This document shows, one piece after another, positions 62,355 to 64,000 of a stretch of DNA of 64,000 bases; position 1 is the first letter of the stretch; each line of letters starts with the position of its first letter. This DNA is from Amoebidium appalachense (lineage: Eukaryota; Protista; Ichthyosporea), in NCBI GenBank assembly GCA_963693365.1, contig CAVNZM010000003.1:13484414-13548413 (forward strand), read 5' to 3'. The notes under the pieces are model-generated. The model was not told the DNA's origin and did no database searches. It was given only the letters and a program-made list of their open reading frames with translations. Made by a program: the position numbers and the translations under genes.

Positions 62355-64000
62355 ATGGCTAAGTTCAACGTAGATATGTTCTACGTGTTGGCAGCGGAGG
62401 ATAGCTCCCTGCATACACAGATACCACAGGTCCACACACTAGACGTCAGACAAACCACAGCTTTCAGCTTCATACTCAAACACGACTCAGAAATACCACG
62501 GTGGCTTAGGACACTCATAGCAAACACACCCACACTAGTGTTAGACGCTAAGAAGGCCCCTACTGTGGCGGCCTCGTGCCTAATGATTAAGCAGTGCATC
62601 GACCACAAAACGATGGCCGACTTATGCACCCTCATCGAGGAGCACCCGTACAGGGCCGAACAGGCCCCCCAGGTGACGGCTCGTATCTACGAGCAGCAGT
62701 ACGACGAGGGGAGAGACGAGATGGTGTCCCGGACGCTCGGCCAGAAACGTCTGGCCGCACGATTCATCCCCGACGACGAGGACGAGAACAGCACCGACGA
62801 CGTGGACGGTGAGCTCGAGGCCTTCACAAGGCCCGAGAACGAGCTCGAGTATACGGCCCGGCTCGTCGACCGATACCTGACGGCCGACCGGCGACGTACC
62901 TTCAAGGCCCAGCTACGAGAATGGAAGTATACCTTCCCCACTTTAGATATGTCCCCCGTAGAAGCTCGTGCATTCTTTGAAAGGGAATATCGGGTCTTTG
63001 AAGACCTTTGTGAGCTAACTGGTGACGTGAGTGATAGGGAAAAGTTCGAGTTTGCTCGTAAGGCTCTCTCTGTAAATACTGACACTGCACGCATGTTTGG
63101 GGAGCATGATGATGTAGATGAGGTGGTGTTGCATGTTAAACGTCACTTGCTTGCCATGCACGAGGTGAAGTTCAATAAGCGGGATAGGAAGGAGGTGATG
63201 GAGGTAGACAAGAAAAAGAAGGAGAGTGGAAAGAAGGGGGAACAAGAAGAGAAAGAGGGTGAACAGCCAGATGCACTCACCATGTTGGTCAAGCAGGTTG
63301 CCGAGCTCTCCCAGGCCGTCTTCTCTGGCCGAGGGGGCTTCGGCTTCCGGGGTGGCCGTGGCGGCGACCGGGGTGGACACGGCGGTCGTGGGCGCGGTGG
63401 ACGTGGAGGACAGCAGCAGCAGTTCACCGAGAGGTTTGCCCCTCATCTTGCTCGTGGTGGTGGGCAGGGTAGAGGGAGGGGTGGAAATGGTGGTGAGCAT
63501 GGTGGCCATAGAGGTGGGTTCGGAGGCGAGCATGGTGGTAGGGGTGGACATGGAGGCCGTGGTGGGTTTGGTGCTGGTGGTGAGAGAGGCCGAGGGGGGC
63601 AGGGGGGAAGGGGGGGCCGTGGTGCACACGGTGGGCCCCCCCAGCATGACCGGGCTCCCGGTATGATGCGTTGCGCCAAGGTTATGAAGTTCCCCCTGGA
63701 ACCTTCTTTGGTGCATGTTACTTTTGTGGCCGGCAAGGGCACTCTGCTGCATATTGCCGTAGTTACAAGGGCTATTGAGTTCCGGGGGAGGGGGAAGCTG
63801 GGATCACTGAGGGAAGGGGGGGGGAAAGTATCGGTCCCCCCCAGGTTGCAGAGAACCTTCACCCTCCCCCACCCCAGGTTAAGCTTCCCTTTGCCCCCTC
63901 ACCACCCCGATACGTGTGGGAGCCGGGCATCGTCGTGGGTCCTCAAGACAGCGTCGAGGTGGTATGGCATGAATTTTTGTGGGGTGACTCTACCAAAGGT
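62355..64000 (+). CDS. gag: Gypsy gag-like ORF running off the window
   Basis: Open from ATG 62355 (MAKFNVDMF..); RGG-rich tract; CYFCGRQGHSAAYC knuckle at 63716-63757 in the -1 frame. Confidence 0.8.
   Translation, partial: MAKFNVDMFYVLAAEDSSLHTQIPQVHTLDVRQTTAFSFILKHDSEIPRWLRTLIANTPTLVLDAKKAPTVAASCLMIKQCIDHKTMADLCTLIEEHPYRAEQAPQVTARIYEQQYDEGRDEMVSRTLGQKRLAARFIPDDEDENSTDDVDGELEAFTRPENELEYTARLVDRYLTADRRRTFKAQLREWKYTFPTLDMSPVEARAFFEREYRVFEDLCELTGDVSDREKFEFARKALSVNTDTARMFGEHDDVDEVVLHVKRHLLAMHEVKFNKRDRKEVMEVDKKKKESGKKGEQEEKEGEQPDALTMLVKQVAELSQAVFSGRGGFGFRGGRGGDRGGHGGRGRGGRGGQQQQFTERFAPHLARGGGQGRGRGGNGGEHGGHRGGFGGEHGGRGGHGGRGGFGAGGERGRGGQGGRGGRGAHGGPPQHDRAPGMMRCAKVMKFPLEPSLVHVTFVAGKGTLLHIAVVTRAIEFRGRGKLGSLREGGGKVSVPPRLQRTFTLPHPRLSFPLPPHHPDTCGSRASSWVLKTASRWYGMNFCGVTLPK

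Overview
Eukaryotic, heterochromatin-like window built almost entirely of nested transposable elements. I recognised no host gene, tRNA or rRNA. Removing insertions by their exact junctions shows two nested stacks. (1) An intron-containing, about 985-aa Transib/RAG1-type (CMC-related) DDE transposase gene on the minus strand, in four pieces (21553-20230, 19659-19405, 18634-17326, 2105-2041). It is split by a solo Ngaro-type tyrosine-recombinase retrotransposon end and by a 15.2-kb composite Ngaro insertion, which itself holds a young Ty1/copia and a 4.2-kb inverted duplication. (2) A Ty1/copia (28164-59315) interrupted by a 24.2-kb TIR element (16-bp TIRs, 2-bp TSD, no transposase) that carries a 183-bp satellite, two more Ngaro copies and a near full-length APE-RT LINE, and interrupted again by a second copia family. 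Also present are a chromodomain Ty3/gypsy family and three insertions of a LINE whose 3' end is a fixed ~196-nt segment after the poly(A) tract, with no TSD at the two sites that can be reconstructed. Many frameshifts fall in G/C homopolymers and may be sequencing errors. Family assignments come from motifs read by eye, not database searches.
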